A stretch of DNA of 64,000 bases from Candidatus Magasanikiibacteriota bacterium (GCA_963802255.1 CAWDHY010000001.1:363842-427841), one strand, 5' to 3'; counted from the first letter of the stretch, positions 39,386-50,771 are shown. Program-made: numbers and translations. Notes: generated from the letters alone by a model not told the origin.

Positions 39386-39429
39386 TTATTTAAAAATATT
39401 GAGTATCAAAAAATATTCAATATTTTTTT

Positions 39430-41709
39430 ATGTGGAATTTTTTTGAAAAAAATGCCTGGTTTGTCGGAGCGGTTAAAAATTTGACTGCCGCTTTTTTTAT
39501 TACTGCCGGCTGGCAATGGTATCATTTTCCACATCATCCATATTCACGGTTTGTCCTGGTCTCTCTCGCAGTCTGTTTTGCTATTTTTGTCGCCCTGCGC
39601 ATTTTTCGCTTGTTGTATGTCTATTTGGTAAAGCGGTTTGAACGGCATCCTTTTTGGCAGACTAAGTTTTTTGTTTTTTTAGATGAATTATTTTTATTGT
39701 CATCATTGTATTTTTTGGTATTTTTCAGCCGTAATGAACTGGTCAGTTTGATATATTTTGCTGGTATATCCGTTCTCCTATACTTGCGCCTTGACTCGTA
39801 TCTGGCGCGCCATCCGGCGGAAGGGTGGCGCAAGGCAGGGCGCGCTTTTTTTATTCTTGCCGCATTTATTTTTTTAATAAACGCAATTTTTCAGTATTTC
39901 GCTTTCTCACATTACATCCTAGATTCAAACATTAAATATTACAACATTGTTTTATTCCGCTCTGTCGCAATGGCCGCATTTTGGCTTTGCGGTTTCGCGC
40001 TTGCCAGCATGCTTTATGTTTTTTTTACCGGCAGAGTTAGATTTCTCTTTTTGTATTTTTGGGTCGCTTTTTTTCTATTTTCACTTTTTATTGGAGTGGT
40101 AAATGTCGGCGTTTTGTATCACTCCGGCCTTTATTTGAATCCGGTGGTCATAGACCATGCCGGCGGCGGAGGCGAAATGGTATTTTTATCCACCGCTATT
40201 TTGCTTATTTCTCTTTATATTATTGTTAGCTCGGTTTTTTTGTATATCATTTCAAAATTTGTCAAAACTCACAAATTGTCCGGCGTCCGGCAATGGTATT
40301 ATTATGACATTGCGTTAATAGCTTTATCCATAATTGCTTTTATTACCGTTGCTTCGCTTCGCAATACACCGGAGGCGCTGATAATAAAATCTTTTTATGA
40401 TAATTGGCGCGGAGCCGATCCCCGGGCCGAATTAAACACAGTAGTGCAACAAAAGATGGAGCGTTTTGGCATATTTCACAATGTCGGTGATTTTTACATA
40501 AATAATCATCAGACAGTGTATCAAAGTGAAAATAAATTACTCCCGGAAAATTTTTCCGGGCAGAAGCCTAATATAGTAATTATTTTCTTGGAATCATTTT
40601 CTGCGCGCCTCACCGGTCCGTACAACTCCAAAATGAAAGATGTGACACCCGGATTAGTCGCCATGGCTGAAAATAAAAATACTACAGTTTTTAAAAACAT
40701 GTACAATCCTTCCACGCCGACTGTAACAGGTCTGATTTCGGAATTATGTTCATTATTACCGCCAACGGGGCACAATGAAATAGAGCAGGAAAAACATTTG
40801 CAGAATGTCCATTTATTTTGTTTGCCGGAAGCATTAAAGGATAACGGCTACAAATCAAATTTATACATTACCGCAGTGGAAAAAGATTTTGCTAATAAAG
40901 ATTCAATTTTGGAAAGTATGGGGGTAGGTGAAGTGTGGGGAACAGCTGAACTCTCACACCGTATTTCCGGCGAACCATTATCATGGGGCTATTCGGACCA
41001 TCAGATGTTTCCGGTTCTGTTTGATCAGATGAAAATTAAAAAAATGAAGAATGATGAACCGTTTTTATTGATGCTTTCCACTGTTGATACTCATCCGCCC
41101 TTTGATCTGGTTAAAGACGTTGTACCCTATGGCGACGGCAAGAATTTGCTTTTAAACACGATTCACACAACTGACGATGCTTTTAAAATATTTTGGGATG
41201 AATTTACCGCAAGCGAGTTTGCTTCCAATACCATTGTTATTGCCATAGCCGACCACGCAGTATTTCCTACGGCTTATGAAAAAAAGTTTTTTCCTGATAT
41301 CGCCGGAAAGATGACATTTTATGACGAAATTTTGTTTCAAATGTATGTGCCGGACACGATACTGTCCAATGAAGTTTTAACAATAAGTTCGGCAATGGAT
41401 TTTGCGCCAACCATAATGCAAGTGCTTGGCATCAATGTGCCGAATTCGTTTGAGGGTCATTCAATTTTTGATGACAGAGAAAAATATCCCAATCTGCTCG
41501 GGATGCATGAGTTTGGCTTGTGGATTAACCAGGAAACGGGAACGTCTTCGCGACAAATTGATTATTCTCCGCCGGTTGATATTGAATGTCGGGAAGATAT
41601 GATAGGTACAGATGTAAATTTACCGCTTACACTTTGTGAATATTTAAATTATTTTAAATGGAAGCGACTCATGTTTGAACAGGGGAGGTTATGGTTTGGA
41701 GGAAAATAA
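39430..41709 (+). CDS. LtaS-like sulfatase-family membrane protein (polytopic N-terminus plus extracellular alkaline-phosphatase-like domain)
   Basis: About 9 N-terminal TMs; PNIVIIFLESFSARLTGPYN...TPTVTGLISELC sulfatase/LtaS catalytic region. Confidence 0.7.
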   Translation: MWNFFEKNAWFVGAVKNLTAAFFITAGWQWYHFPHHPYSRFVLVSLAVCFAIFVALRIFRLLYVYLVKRFERHPFWQTKFFVFLDELFLLSSLYFLVFFSRNELVSLIYFAGISVLLYLRLDSYLARHPAEGWRKAGRAFFILAAFIFLINAIFQYFAFSHYILDSNIKYYNIVLFRSVAMAAFWLCGFALASMLYVFFTGRVRFLFLYFWVAFFLFSLFIGVVNVGVLYHSGLYLNPVVIDHAGGGGEMVFLSTAILLISLYIIVSSVFLYIISKFVKTHKLSGVRQWYYYDIALIALSIIAFITVASLRNTPEALIIKSFYDNWRGADPRAELNTVVQQKMERFGIFHNVGDFYINNHQTVYQSENKLLPENFSGQKPNIVIIFLESFSARLTGPYNSKMKDVTPGLVAMAENKNTTVFKNMYNPSTPTVTGLISELCSLLPPTGHNEIEQEKHLQNVHLFCLPEALKDNGYKSNLYITAVEKDFANKDSILESMGVGEVWGTAELSHRISGEPLSWGYSDHQMFPVLFDQMKIKKMKNDEPFLLMLSTVDTHPPFDLVKDVVPYGDGKNLLLNTIHTTDDAFKIFWDEFTASEFASNTIVIAIADHAVFPTAYEKKFFPDIAGKMTFYDEILFQMYVPDTILSNEVLTISSAMDFAPTIMQVLGINVPNSFEGHSIFDDREKYPNLLGMHEFGLWINQETGTSSRQIDYSPPVDIECREDMIGTDVNLPLTLCEYLNYFKWKRLMFEQGRLWFGGK

Positions 41710-41729
41710 TTTGTTTATAGTCTTATAAT

Positions 41730-41762
41730 ACCGCTAATCCGTCCTGGCCGGCGGTTTTTTTA
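41730..41762 (+). terminator. Probable terminator (GC hairpin around GGCCGGCGG followed by T8)
   Basis: ccgtcctggccggcggTTTTTTTT 25 nt after the stop; stem weak. Confidence 0.3.
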
Positions 41763-41862
41763 AAATATGGATTGTTACATGTTTTTTCTTGTTTTAGAAG
41801 GTAATAAATGATAGAATATATTCAGCTGACCAGCTATATTTTTTGGATATAATTTTTTATTT

Positions 41863-44094
41863 ATGCTCCATAAGACGAACAAAATCAATAGTTCTAAGAA
41901 AAGCATTAAATTATCAAAAAACAAGCTTGAAAATGCCGGGGAATATGTTGATTTGCGAAATGCCAAGCTCGAACCGTTCAAAGGTATTCAGATTGAACGT
42001 TTGGAGAGAATGGCAAAAATAATCCGGGGTTTAATTTTTGTCACTGTGGAAAATGCCGAGTCCGGACATCCGGGCGGGAGCTCTTCCAAAGTGGAGCAGT
42101 TTTTGGCCTTGACCATGGGCGGATCGTTTGTTTTTGATCCGGCTGAGCCAAAACATCCCGGCCGCGACCGTATGATTTGGAGTGCGGGACACTGCACCCC
42201 GCTTCTTTTTGGCGGTCAAGCGATTTATTACGAAGCACTGCGCCGGACAGGGCGGCAATTTTCGGAAGCAGTAATTGATTGCGCTTTACCTGAACATCTT
42301 TTGCGTTTTAGGCATAGTGATGGCTTGCCGGGTCACGCGGAAAGCAATTACCCATTTTGTGATTATTCCACCGGGCCATCCGGTCATGGTTTTAGTGCCG
42401 CAGTGGGCATCGCACTGTCGCATCACGCCAGCGGTTTATCGACAAAAGTATGGGTAATGATGGGTGACGCCGAAAGTGAAGAAGGTATGACCTACGAAGC
42501 CCGCAATGTGGCGGTGGCAAGCGGTATTGACAACATTATTGTTTCGCTTGACTACAATCATTTTGGTATTGATGGCCCGATTGAAGAGGCAATGAGCGCT
42601 CCATACGCCCGCTTATGGCGCGGCTTTGGCTGGAATGTTATTGAAGCTGATGGTCATAATATAAATGAATTATTGTATGCATACGATATGGCCGGTAAAG
42701 GATTTAATAATAATCGTCCGACAGTGGTTATAGCGCACACTATAAAAGGTAAAGAATATGGGAAGTTATCAAATACGCCGGCTTCTCACGGATCTCCTAT
42801 TGCGCACGATGAATATGTGATGCTTATGCGCAAGCTTGGGTTTAAGATAAAGGGCGAATCCGGTAAGGCGGCCGAAGATCTTGAAATTGTTATCAGTGCG
42901 CTTTTAGAAGAAGATTGTGAATATATTGAGAAGCGTTTTGCTGTTATGTCAGAGAAACTTGAAGCGGAAGCAGAACTGGTGGAACGGATGAAAAAAAATT
43001 TGAAAGGCAGACGGTTAATCAGTCCTTGTTCGGTTGAACGGCCAAAAATTTTACCGCCGGAATTAATATTTAAAGAAGGCGAACAAATAAGTTTACGGGA
43101 AGCCGCCAGCTTCTGGTTTGCCTGGCTGATGAAACAGTCGGCATTCTTTTACGCGGGAGCGGGGGATTTAAGCGGGTCGACCGGGACAAAAAAGGCCGAG
43201 CAGGTTTATGGAATAATTAATGCAAAAAATTCTTATGGACGTGGAATTCGCTTTGGCATAGCCGAACAAAATATGGCGATGATGTCTATGGCTTTAACGC
43301 AGGATGTATTACCGGGTGATTTTAAGCCGGTTTCAGTGTTTGGTACTTATGGCGTATTTACCGCAATGTATGGGCATGCGATGCATTTGGCGTTAATAAA
43401 TAACGCTATAAATCCGCGGATGTCCGGATTTTTTATCGCCCTGGCCACACACGACGGCCCGGAGACGGGAGAAGACGGCCCGACTCATCAGGGCATGTAT
43501 TGGCAGTCGCTTTATAGCGCTTATCCGGGCATAAAAGTACTTAAGCCGTCAGACGCTAATGAAACAATTGAGATGCTGTTTAATTCTCTTCATATTGGAG
43601 AACCGGTTGTTCTTGCACTGCCTCGTGATAAAGCGACCGTAATCAGGCGTACGGGCGGTATTCCTACAGCCTCGTCTGCCAATGTTGGCGCTTATGTATA
43701 CGCGCCGTATAAAAAAAATGGAGATAAAAAGATTGCCATTGCCGTTTGTGGCGCAAAAATGGTGGCAAATATAATTGAGGCGCTTCCGGAAATTGAAAAG
43801 AAAAAAATTGACGCAAAAATTGTTGTAGTAACTTCCCCTCAGCTTTTTTCTCAGTTTGCCATATCAGATCCGGAAAAAGCATCCGAAATTGTTTCAAAAG
43901 AAGATAAAAAAAATCTGATTACCGTACACAATGGCTGGAAAGGATTTTTAGATTGTTTATTTTTGCCCGCTGAAACGGTTAAGCGCCGCATTGGAGTTTC
44001 CGGATATCTAAAATCAGGCAGTGCATCCGAAATAATTGCCATTGCCGGATTAGACCCGGCTTCGCTGGTAAAGAAAATATTTGATTCTATATAG
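41863..44094 (+). CDS. tkt: Transketolase (long form with N-terminal extension)
   Basis: ENAESGHPGGSSSKVEQFLAL (TPP-binding GHPG), pyrimidine-binding and C-terminal domains. Confidence 0.8.
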   Translation: MLHKTNKINSSKKSIKLSKNKLENAGEYVDLRNAKLEPFKGIQIERLERMAKIIRGLIFVTVENAESGHPGGSSSKVEQFLALTMGGSFVFDPAEPKHPGRDRMIWSAGHCTPLLFGGQAIYYEALRRTGRQFSEAVIDCALPEHLLRFRHSDGLPGHAESNYPFCDYSTGPSGHGFSAAVGIALSHHASGLSTKVWVMMGDAESEEGMTYEARNVAVASGIDNIIVSLDYNHFGIDGPIEEAMSAPYARLWRGFGWNVIEADGHNINELLYAYDMAGKGFNNNRPTVVIAHTIKGKEYGKLSNTPASHGSPIAHDEYVMLMRKLGFKIKGESGKAAEDLEIVISALLEEDCEYIEKRFAVMSEKLEAEAELVERMKKNLKGRRLISPCSVERPKILPPELIFKEGEQISLREAASFWFAWLMKQSAFFYAGAGDLSGSTGTKKAEQVYGIINAKNSYGRGIRFGIAEQNMAMMSMALTQDVLPGDFKPVSVFGTYGVFTAMYGHAMHLALINNAINPRMSGFFIALATHDGPETGEDGPTHQGMYWQSLYSAYPGIKVLKPSDANETIEMLFNSLHIGEPVVLALPRDKATVIRRTGGIPTASSANVGAYVYAPYKKNGDKKIAIAVCGAKMVANIIEALPEIEKKKIDAKIVVVTSPQLFSQFAISDPEKASEIVSKEDKKNLITVHNGWKGFLDCLFLPAETVKRRIGVSGYLKSGSASEIIAIAGLDPASLVKKIFDSI

Positions 44095-44103
44095 CGCATA
44101 AAC

Positions 44104-46629
44104 ATGAATAACATAGATATTTTAAAAGCCATAATTGGCTCAAATGAAAAATATTACGGCCTAAGCTCAACAGAGGCGGCCGAGCGGTTGAATATTTATG
44201 GGCCAAATTTTCGCGGACGCAAAAAAAACAGGACGTTTTTTAAGCGCCTCAAAGACATTGTCGGTGAACCGATGATGCTTCTTATTATTGTGACGGCAGT
44301 CGTCTATTTGTTTATTGGTGAAAAAGTTGAAGCGATAATATTCGCTTTTTCAGTAATACCGATTGGCTTTATTCAATATCTGCAACAGCAGAAAACTGAT
44401 CAGGCCGTGGCTGAGTTGGATAAAATGCTTGAAGAAATGTGCAAAGTTTATCGCGATAAAAATCTGGCTTCGCTTGAAGTGAAAAAATTGGTTCCCGGCG
44501 ACCTGGTTTATCTTACCGCGGGGGACAGGGTGCCGGCCGACGGTTATATTCTCTACGGCAGCGGGCTTATGATTGATGAATCCGTATTAACCGGCGAATC
44601 TGTACCGGCCACAAAAAAGCAATTGCCGAAAAATATCAGTGAAATTATCGGCGAGCATAAATTGTATCAGGGGACACTGGTAACTCAAGGTGATGCGGAA
44701 TTTTTAGTAGCACTCACTGGACCAAAAACAGAATATGGACAGCTGGGTTCGCTTCTGGAGAAAATTATCAGTGAGAAAACGCCGCTTCAGAAAAAAATTG
44801 TCAGGCTTATCAGGGGCGTGGCTATTATGGCAATTTCTGTAGCATTGTTCACTTTTATTTTGCTTTGGATGACAAGGGGTTTCAAAGAAGGCCTTTTGGG
44901 AGGATTGACCATGGCCATGTCGCTAATACCGGAAGAATTTCCCGTAGTATTTAGTGTTTTTTTAGTAATGGGCGTTTGGCGCCTTGCCAAGAAAAACGCG
45001 CTGGTTCGTCAGATGGTAACAGTGGAAACACTTGGTTCAGCCACGGTAATTTGTACCGACAAAACCGGTACTCTGACAGAAGGCCGGATGTCGCTTAAAG
45101 AAGTTTTCTATGACGGAAAAATTATCAGGATTAATAACAAACGGCAAAATAGCGGGCAGGTAGAGGATCTTATTAAAATTGCTGTCCTGTCTCTTGAGCG
45201 GATTGCTACGGACCCGCTTGAAATTGAAACACAAAAATTTGCGGTTAATATCGGTATTGATTTGAATGAATATTTTAATCGCTATGAACTTGTAAACGAA
45301 GCGTCGTTTGATGCTGATACGAAAATGGTTCATCACCTGTGGTGTGAAAAAGAAAGCCACCAGTGCGCGTTATATTCTGTTGGTGCGCCGGAGGCAATTA
45401 TTGCTTCATGCTCCGGTAGCGAAGCGGAAAAGAAAAAATATCTATCAGTTAATGAACAGATGGCAAAAGACGGTTATCGGGTTATCGCCGTTGCCACCAA
45501 GGAATGTTCGGAAAAAGATAAGATTGTTGTGAATGAATTAAAGTTTGCCGGTCTTTTGGCCATGGAAGATCCGCCGCGTGAACGGGCAAAAGAAGCAATA
45601 GCCATGTGCCAGGAAGCGGGGATAAGGATTATTATGATCACGGGAGATAATAAGATAACGGCTCGAACGGTTGCGGAGAATATCGGGCTAAATCACAGTG
45701 ATGATATTATAGACGGCGAAGAACTGTTAAAAATGTCTCCGGCGGCGATGAAAACAGTTGTAGCCCGCCATAGCATTTTCGCCCGCGTCAAGCCGGAGCA
45801 TAAATTTTTAATAATTGAAGCATTGCAAAAAAACGGCGAGATCGTTGCAATGACGGGTGACGGCGTCAATGATGCACCGGCATTAAAAAGATCGGATATC
45901 GGCATCGCCATGGGGAAAAAAGGAACGGAGGTTGCGCGTGAAGCGGCAGATATGATTTTGCTTGACGATAATTTTTTCACTATTGCCCGGGCGGTCAAAG
46001 AGGGGAGAAAAATTTACCGCAACCTGCAACAGGCGTTTGTTTTTCTACTGTCTTTTCATCTGCCTATTGTCGGTTTAGCCGCAGTGCCGTTACTTCTGGG
46101 ACAACCGCTTATATTTTTTCCGCTTCATATCGTATTTCTGGAATTAGTTTGCGATCCGGTATCGGTTCTTGGTTTTGAAAACGAGAAAGCGCCGAGAAAC
46201 GTCATGAGGGTTCCGCCTCGTCCGGCCAACGAACCGCTCATCCCGAAACATTTGTGGTCGCAGGTTTTTATTCAGACCACCGCCATTCTTATAGTCGCTT
46301 TTAGCTTTTATTGGTTTTTTACTTTTAAGGTCGGCGATTTATCGCTTGCCAGAACCACTACTTTTATCTCAATGGTATTTGCGCAGGTTATGCTTGTATT
46401 TTTTACGCGTGAATGGTTTCAGGTCAGAAATAATTTTATTTTGGCCGGCATCGGTATTTTAACTATCGTATCATTATTAGTTATTATTTTTACCCCACCG
46501 CTCACAAAATTATTTCATTTTACCCAGCTTTCGGTCGGATTATTTGGCACAGCTTTCTTATTATCGCTTGTTGTCAGTTTGTTCGCCGGAATATTAATTA
46601 AAAAATTAAACAGAAGAACCAATGTATGA
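44104..46629 (+). CDS. P-type cation-transporting ATPase (Ca2+/Mg2+-type, IIA-like)
   Basis: ICTDKTGTLT phosphorylation motif, MTGDGVNDAPALK hinge, 10 TM helices, PEGL-like LIPEEFP. Confidence 0.85.
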   Translation: MNNIDILKAIIGSNEKYYGLSSTEAAERLNIYGPNFRGRKKNRTFFKRLKDIVGEPMMLLIIVTAVVYLFIGEKVEAIIFAFSVIPIGFIQYLQQQKTDQAVAELDKMLEEMCKVYRDKNLASLEVKKLVPGDLVYLTAGDRVPADGYILYGSGLMIDESVLTGESVPATKKQLPKNISEIIGEHKLYQGTLVTQGDAEFLVALTGPKTEYGQLGSLLEKIISEKTPLQKKIVRLIRGVAIMAISVALFTFILLWMTRGFKEGLLGGLTMAMSLIPEEFPVVFSVFLVMGVWRLAKKNALVRQMVTVETLGSATVICTDKTGTLTEGRMSLKEVFYDGKIIRINNKRQNSGQVEDLIKIAVLSLERIATDPLEIETQKFAVNIGIDLNEYFNRYELVNEASFDADTKMVHHLWCEKESHQCALYSVGAPEAIIASCSGSEAEKKKYLSVNEQMAKDGYRVIAVATKECSEKDKIVVNELKFAGLLAMEDPPRERAKEAIAMCQEAGIRIIMITGDNKITARTVAENIGLNHSDDIIDGEELLKMSPAAMKTVVARHSIFARVKPEHKFLIIEALQKNGEIVAMTGDGVNDAPALKRSDIGIAMGKKGTEVAREAADMILLDDNFFTIARAVKEGRKIYRNLQQAFVFLLSFHLPIVGLAAVPLLLGQPLIFFPLHIVFLELVCDPVSVLGFENEKAPRNVMRVPPRPANEPLIPKHLWSQVFIQTTAILIVAFSFYWFFTFKVGDLSLARTTTFISMVFAQVMLVFFTREWFQVRNNFILAGIGILTIVSLLVIIFTPPLTKLFHFTQLSVGLFGTAFLLSLVVSLFAGILIKKLNRRTNV

Positions 46630-47675
46630 TCGGCTGGAATGATATTGCGTTGCTTGAACCTAAATATCGCCGAGAACAAATTTATCGCGCCTGGTTTGAT
46701 GTGGAAATAAAAGACATAGCGGATATTTCCACATTGCCAAAAGACTTGCGTGAAAAATTTAAATCCTTACCATGGATGCCGGTAGTATTGGAGAAGATGT
46801 TTGAAAGCCGGCAGGATGATACAAAAAAGGCACTACTTCGCTTGTCCGACGGAGAGATGATAGAAACCGTGCTGATGGGAAGAAAGTCAAAAAAAATTTC
46901 AAAACTTGCGGAAAAAAGATATACTATTTGCGTTTCTTCTCAAGTTGGCTGTCCGATGAAGTGCGCTTTTTGCGCCACCGGGCAGGCCGGATTCAAAAGA
47001 AACTTGACAATGGAGGAAATTGTCGGTCAATACAGATTTTGGCGCGAATTTGTTGGTAAAAATGAAAACGATAATATTGGCAATGTGGTATTCATGGGAC
47101 AAGGAGAACCGCTGCTGAATTATGAGCCGGTAAAAAACGCCATGAATATAATGATAAAATTTGCCAATCTTGGCCATACGAAAATAACCTTGTCCACCGC
47201 CGGTGTTGTTGCCGGGATGGAAAAAATGATTGAGGACCCTGAATTTCCTCCGGTACGATTTGCTCTTTCTTTGCATAGCGCCATACCTGAAGAAAGAAAA
47301 AAATTAATTCCTTCACAGCCGGATGATTTTTTTGAATATTTAATTTCCTGGTCAAAAAAATATCATGGCAAATTTTTCAGCCGGACTCATTTTATCGGTC
47401 TTGAATATATGTTTATTGAAGGCGTAAATGATTCCGGCCGCCATTTGAAAGCGCTAATTAAACTTGCCTCTAAACTCGGAAGGGTGCGGCTGAATCTTAT
47501 TCCGTATAATCTGATAATTGAAAAAGGCAAATTAAAAAGCACTGAATTTGATGTAATAAAAAAATGGCAAAATGAATTGATGAAAGCCGGCTTTACAACA
47601 ACAATCCGTCTTTCTCAGGGTGCGGATATTAATGCCGCGTGTGGACAGCTAAAAAATGTTTATGGCAACAGTTAG
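46626..47675 (+). CDS. rlmN: Radical SAM 23S rRNA (A2503-C2) methyltransferase RlmN/Cfr family
   Basis: CVSSQVGCPMKCAFCATG CxxxCxxC cluster; RlmN-type C-terminal region. Confidence 0.8.
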   Translation: MIGWNDIALLEPKYRREQIYRAWFDVEIKDIADISTLPKDLREKFKSLPWMPVVLEKMFESRQDDTKKALLRLSDGEMIETVLMGRKSKKISKLAEKRYTICVSSQVGCPMKCAFCATGQAGFKRNLTMEEIVGQYRFWREFVGKNENDNIGNVVFMGQGEPLLNYEPVKNAMNIMIKFANLGHTKITLSTAGVVAGMEKMIEDPEFPPVRFALSLHSAIPEERKKLIPSQPDDFFEYLISWSKKYHGKFFSRTHFIGLEYMFIEGVNDSGRHLKALIKLASKLGRVRLNLIPYNLIIEKGKLKSTEFDVIKKWQNELMKAGFTTTIRLSQGADINAACGQLKNVYGNS

Positions 47676-49398
47676 AAAAGCCGAACAATTTGTTGAGCTA
47701 AGGGTTCTTTCCTATTTGTTTCTCGTTATCGCAATTATGATTACGGTCCAGCTTTTTCGCATTCAAATTTTACAGCACGACTTTTACTCAACTATGGCTC
47801 TGTCGTCTCACGAAATATATGAGAAATTGCATCCTGACCGTGGAAATATATATTTTCAAGATTCCCGCACCGGTGAATTATACCCGGCGGCCATAAATCG
47901 CGTTTACTATAAGATTTATGCGGTTCCGGTTGAGATACCGGTTGATCAGGTTGAAGACATTGCCAAAAAGCTGGAAGAGATTTTGGTGTTGCCGGCTGAA
48001 AAATCCGGCGAACTTCGTGAGAAACTTGCAAAGGACGGCGATCCTTACGAGCCGATAGCAAAAAAAATTCCTGAGGAAAAAGTTGCCGAATTAACAGCGG
48101 CCGGCCTTACCGGTATTTACAGTTCGCCGGAAATATACCGTTACTATCCGGAAGAAAACAGTGCTGCGGCGATTTTGGGCTTTTGTTCATTAGATAAAGA
48201 AGAAAATCTGATCGGTAATTATGGGATTGAAGGATATTGGGATAAAACACTCTCAGGCAAACCCGGTTTTTTAATGGGTGAAAAAGCGGCGGCCGGAGGG
48301 TGGATTTCGCTTGCCGGATTAACATCGGTTGAAGCCGAAAACGGCGCCGATATTATTTTAACAATTGACCGCGCGCTTCAGTATAAGGCGTGTACGCGGC
48401 TGTCTGAAGCGGCTGCCGCGTTTGAAGCGAAAAGCGCTTCTCTCATAATAATGGACCCGCAGACCGGAGCGATTTTATCCATGTGTAGCGCACCTGATTA
48501 TGATCCGAATAATTATTCTGACGCTTCAAGCGTAGGAGTATTTAACAATCGTTCGATATTTACCCCTTACGAACCCGGTTCAGTGTTTAAACCGATTGTG
48601 ATGTCCATGGCGATTGACCTTGGCTTGATGGGACCTAACACCACTTTTAATGATCCTTGTGAGAGAAAATTTAATCAATACACGATTCACAATGCTTTAA
48701 ATAAATGTTACGGCCAAAATGTGACGATGACGCAGGTATTGGAAAATTCCATTAATACAGGTATGATTTGGGTATCGGAAAGAATACAGAGAGAAAGAAT
48801 GAAAACATATATTGAAAAATTCGGATTCGGCCAAAAAACTGGCATACCGTTAGACACAGAAATGCCCGGTAACGTATCTTCAATGGAAAAAAAATCGGCA
48901 ATTTTTTCCGCTCAGGCATCATTCGGTCAGGGTATTACGGTAACTCCGCTTCAGCTCGCATTGGCGTATTCCGCTCTAGCCAATGAAGGAAGACTGCCAA
49001 AGCCATATCTGGTAAAAGAAATCCGTTATGGCAATGGTAAAAAAGAAAAATTTGAACCCGAAGTATCGGCCCAGGTGATTTCGCCGCGAACAGCAAAACT
49101 TATTGACGGCATGATGACATCGGTGGTGGAAAAGACATATGCCAATACAGTCCGTATGGATGATTACTATATCGCCGGAAAAACGGGGACAGCTCAGATT
49201 GCGGCGACCGGAGGGTACAGCGAGGAAACAAATCATACTTTTTGCGGTTTTGCACCGGCAAGCAATCCAAAATTTGTGATGGTTGTCAGGTTCGAAGCAC
49301 CGCAGCGGCAGTGGGCGGAATCAACAGCCGCCGTAATTTTTAAAGATGTGGCGGATTTTGCACTTGATTATTTTGGAGTGGAAAAAGACAAAGATTAA
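47656..49398 (+). CDS. Penicillin-binding protein (class B transpeptidase, FtsI/PBP2-like)
   Basis: N-terminal TM; SVFK (SxxK), SIN (SxN), KTGTA motifs in order. Confidence 0.8.
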   Translation: MFMATVRKAEQFVELRVLSYLFLVIAIMITVQLFRIQILQHDFYSTMALSSHEIYEKLHPDRGNIYFQDSRTGELYPAAINRVYYKIYAVPVEIPVDQVEDIAKKLEEILVLPAEKSGELREKLAKDGDPYEPIAKKIPEEKVAELTAAGLTGIYSSPEIYRYYPEENSAAAILGFCSLDKEENLIGNYGIEGYWDKTLSGKPGFLMGEKAAAGGWISLAGLTSVEAENGADIILTIDRALQYKACTRLSEAAAAFEAKSASLIIMDPQTGAILSMCSAPDYDPNNYSDASSVGVFNNRSIFTPYEPGSVFKPIVMSMAIDLGLMGPNTTFNDPCERKFNQYTIHNALNKCYGQNVTMTQVLENSINTGMIWVSERIQRERMKTYIEKFGFGQKTGIPLDTEMPGNVSSMEKKSAIFSAQASFGQGITVTPLQLALAYSALANEGRLPKPYLVKEIRYGNGKKEKFEPEVSAQVISPRTAKLIDGMMTSVVEKTYANTVRMDDYYIAGKTGTAQIAATGGYSEETNHTFCGFAPASNPKFVMVVRFEAPQRQWAESTAAVIFKDVADFALDYFGVEKDKD

Positions 49399-49410
49399 TA
49401 ATTTTTATAT

Positions 49411-50703
49411 ATGTTAAAAACAATTTTATTGTGGATATTGCGGAATCTTTCAAAAAAAATATTAAAAAAATACCGGCCTGATATTATAGGCATAACCGGC
49501 TCAATTGGAAAAACTTCCACTAAAGAGGCGGCCACGGCTGTTTTGAAATCGCATTTTAATGTCCGGGCAAACGTCAAAAATTATAATAACGAGGTCGGAT
49601 TGCCGCTGACTATTATTGGTATTGAAAAAACACCCGGCAGATCAATTTTTGGCTGGTTAAAAGCGATTATCCGGGCGTTGAAAATGCTGGCTAAACGCGA
49701 CGCAAATTATCCGGAGATGCTGGTGCTGGAAATGGGCGCGGATAAGCCGGGGGATATCGCGTATCTTACGGATATAGCACCATGCAAAGTGGGCGTGCTT
49801 ACATATATCGCGCATGCGCATACGGAATATTTTAAAACCGTAAAAAAAATTGCTCAGGAGAAAAGAGTCATTGTTTCTCATTTATCTGACGATGGATTTG
49901 CCGTATTGAATTTTGATAATGAAATGGTGATGGAAAATGCGAAAACAAAAGCTGAAGTGGTCACATTCGGCTTTAAAGAAGGCGCAGATTTTCAGGCAAC
50001 GGATGTGAACATTATTACTGATTCGGAAAAAAGATGGCCGACTGGTCTGAATTTTAAAGTTAACCATCTCGGGCATATTGTTCCGGTTTTTTTGCCGGGT
50101 ATCATGGCCGAGCATCTCATCCCGTCCGCTCTTGCCGGAATGGCGATAGGCCATATTTTTGGTGTAAATTTAGTTGATGCCGCCAAAGCCCTGCGTGATT
50201 TGAAACCATTACCCGGCCACATGTGTCTGATACCGGGCATCAAAAAAACTATGATTATTGATGACACGTATAATTCTTCACCCGAGCCCACCAAATCAGC
50301 GCTTAAGACTCTTTCCGGAATTGAGCTTAAGGAAGAAGCGGAGAGGTATGCCGTTCTTGGAGATATGCTTGAGCTTGGACCGGAAACTGAAAATTTACAC
50401 CGTGAAATCGGTTTGCGCGTTGCGGAGCTTGGCATTAATATGTTGGTAACAGTAGGGGAGGCGAGCAAGCATACTGCGTCGGCGGCGCGTGAGGCTGGCA
50501 TGGGCGAACATCATGTTATAACTTTTGCTGACAGTATTTCTGCCGGAAGATTTTTGCAGGATGTGATAAAAGAAGGAGACGTGGTTTTGGTTAAAGGGTC
50601 TCAAGGCGTCAGGATGGAAAAAGTCGTAAAAGAATTGATGGCTGAACCGTTGCGATCCAAAGAGCTATTGGTCAGACAGACAGAAGAATGGGAGAATAAA
50701 TAA
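49411..50703 (+). CDS. murF: UDP-N-acetylmuramoyl-tripeptide-D-alanyl-D-alanine ligase MurF
   Basis: ITGSIGKTSTKEA P-loop; Mur ligase middle and C-terminal domains; 430 aa. Confidence 0.8.
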   Translation: MLKTILLWILRNLSKKILKKYRPDIIGITGSIGKTSTKEAATAVLKSHFNVRANVKNYNNEVGLPLTIIGIEKTPGRSIFGWLKAIIRALKMLAKRDANYPEMLVLEMGADKPGDIAYLTDIAPCKVGVLTYIAHAHTEYFKTVKKIAQEKRVIVSHLSDDGFAVLNFDNEMVMENAKTKAEVVTFGFKEGADFQATDVNIITDSEKRWPTGLNFKVNHLGHIVPVFLPGIMAEHLIPSALAGMAIGHIFGVNLVDAAKALRDLKPLPGHMCLIPGIKKTMIIDDTYNSSPEPTKSALKTLSGIELKEEAERYAVLGDMLELGPETENLHREIGLRVAELGINMLVTVGEASKHTASAAREAGMGEHHVITFADSISAGRFLQDVIKEGDVVLVKGSQGVRMEKVVKELMAEPLRSKELLVRQTEEWENK

Positions 50704-50736
50704 TTATATATAATGTTGCGACGGTAAAATAAAAAA

Positions 50737-50771
50737 CACCTGATGTTTAAATATTCATCAGGTGTTTTTTA
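50737..50771. terminator. Bidirectional rho-independent terminator (CACCTGATG-tttaaatatt-CATCAGGTG flanked by A-run and T-run)
   Basis: 9-bp perfect stem between convergent murF and the AMMECR1 gene, with aaaaaa upstream and tttttt downstream. Confidence 0.7.
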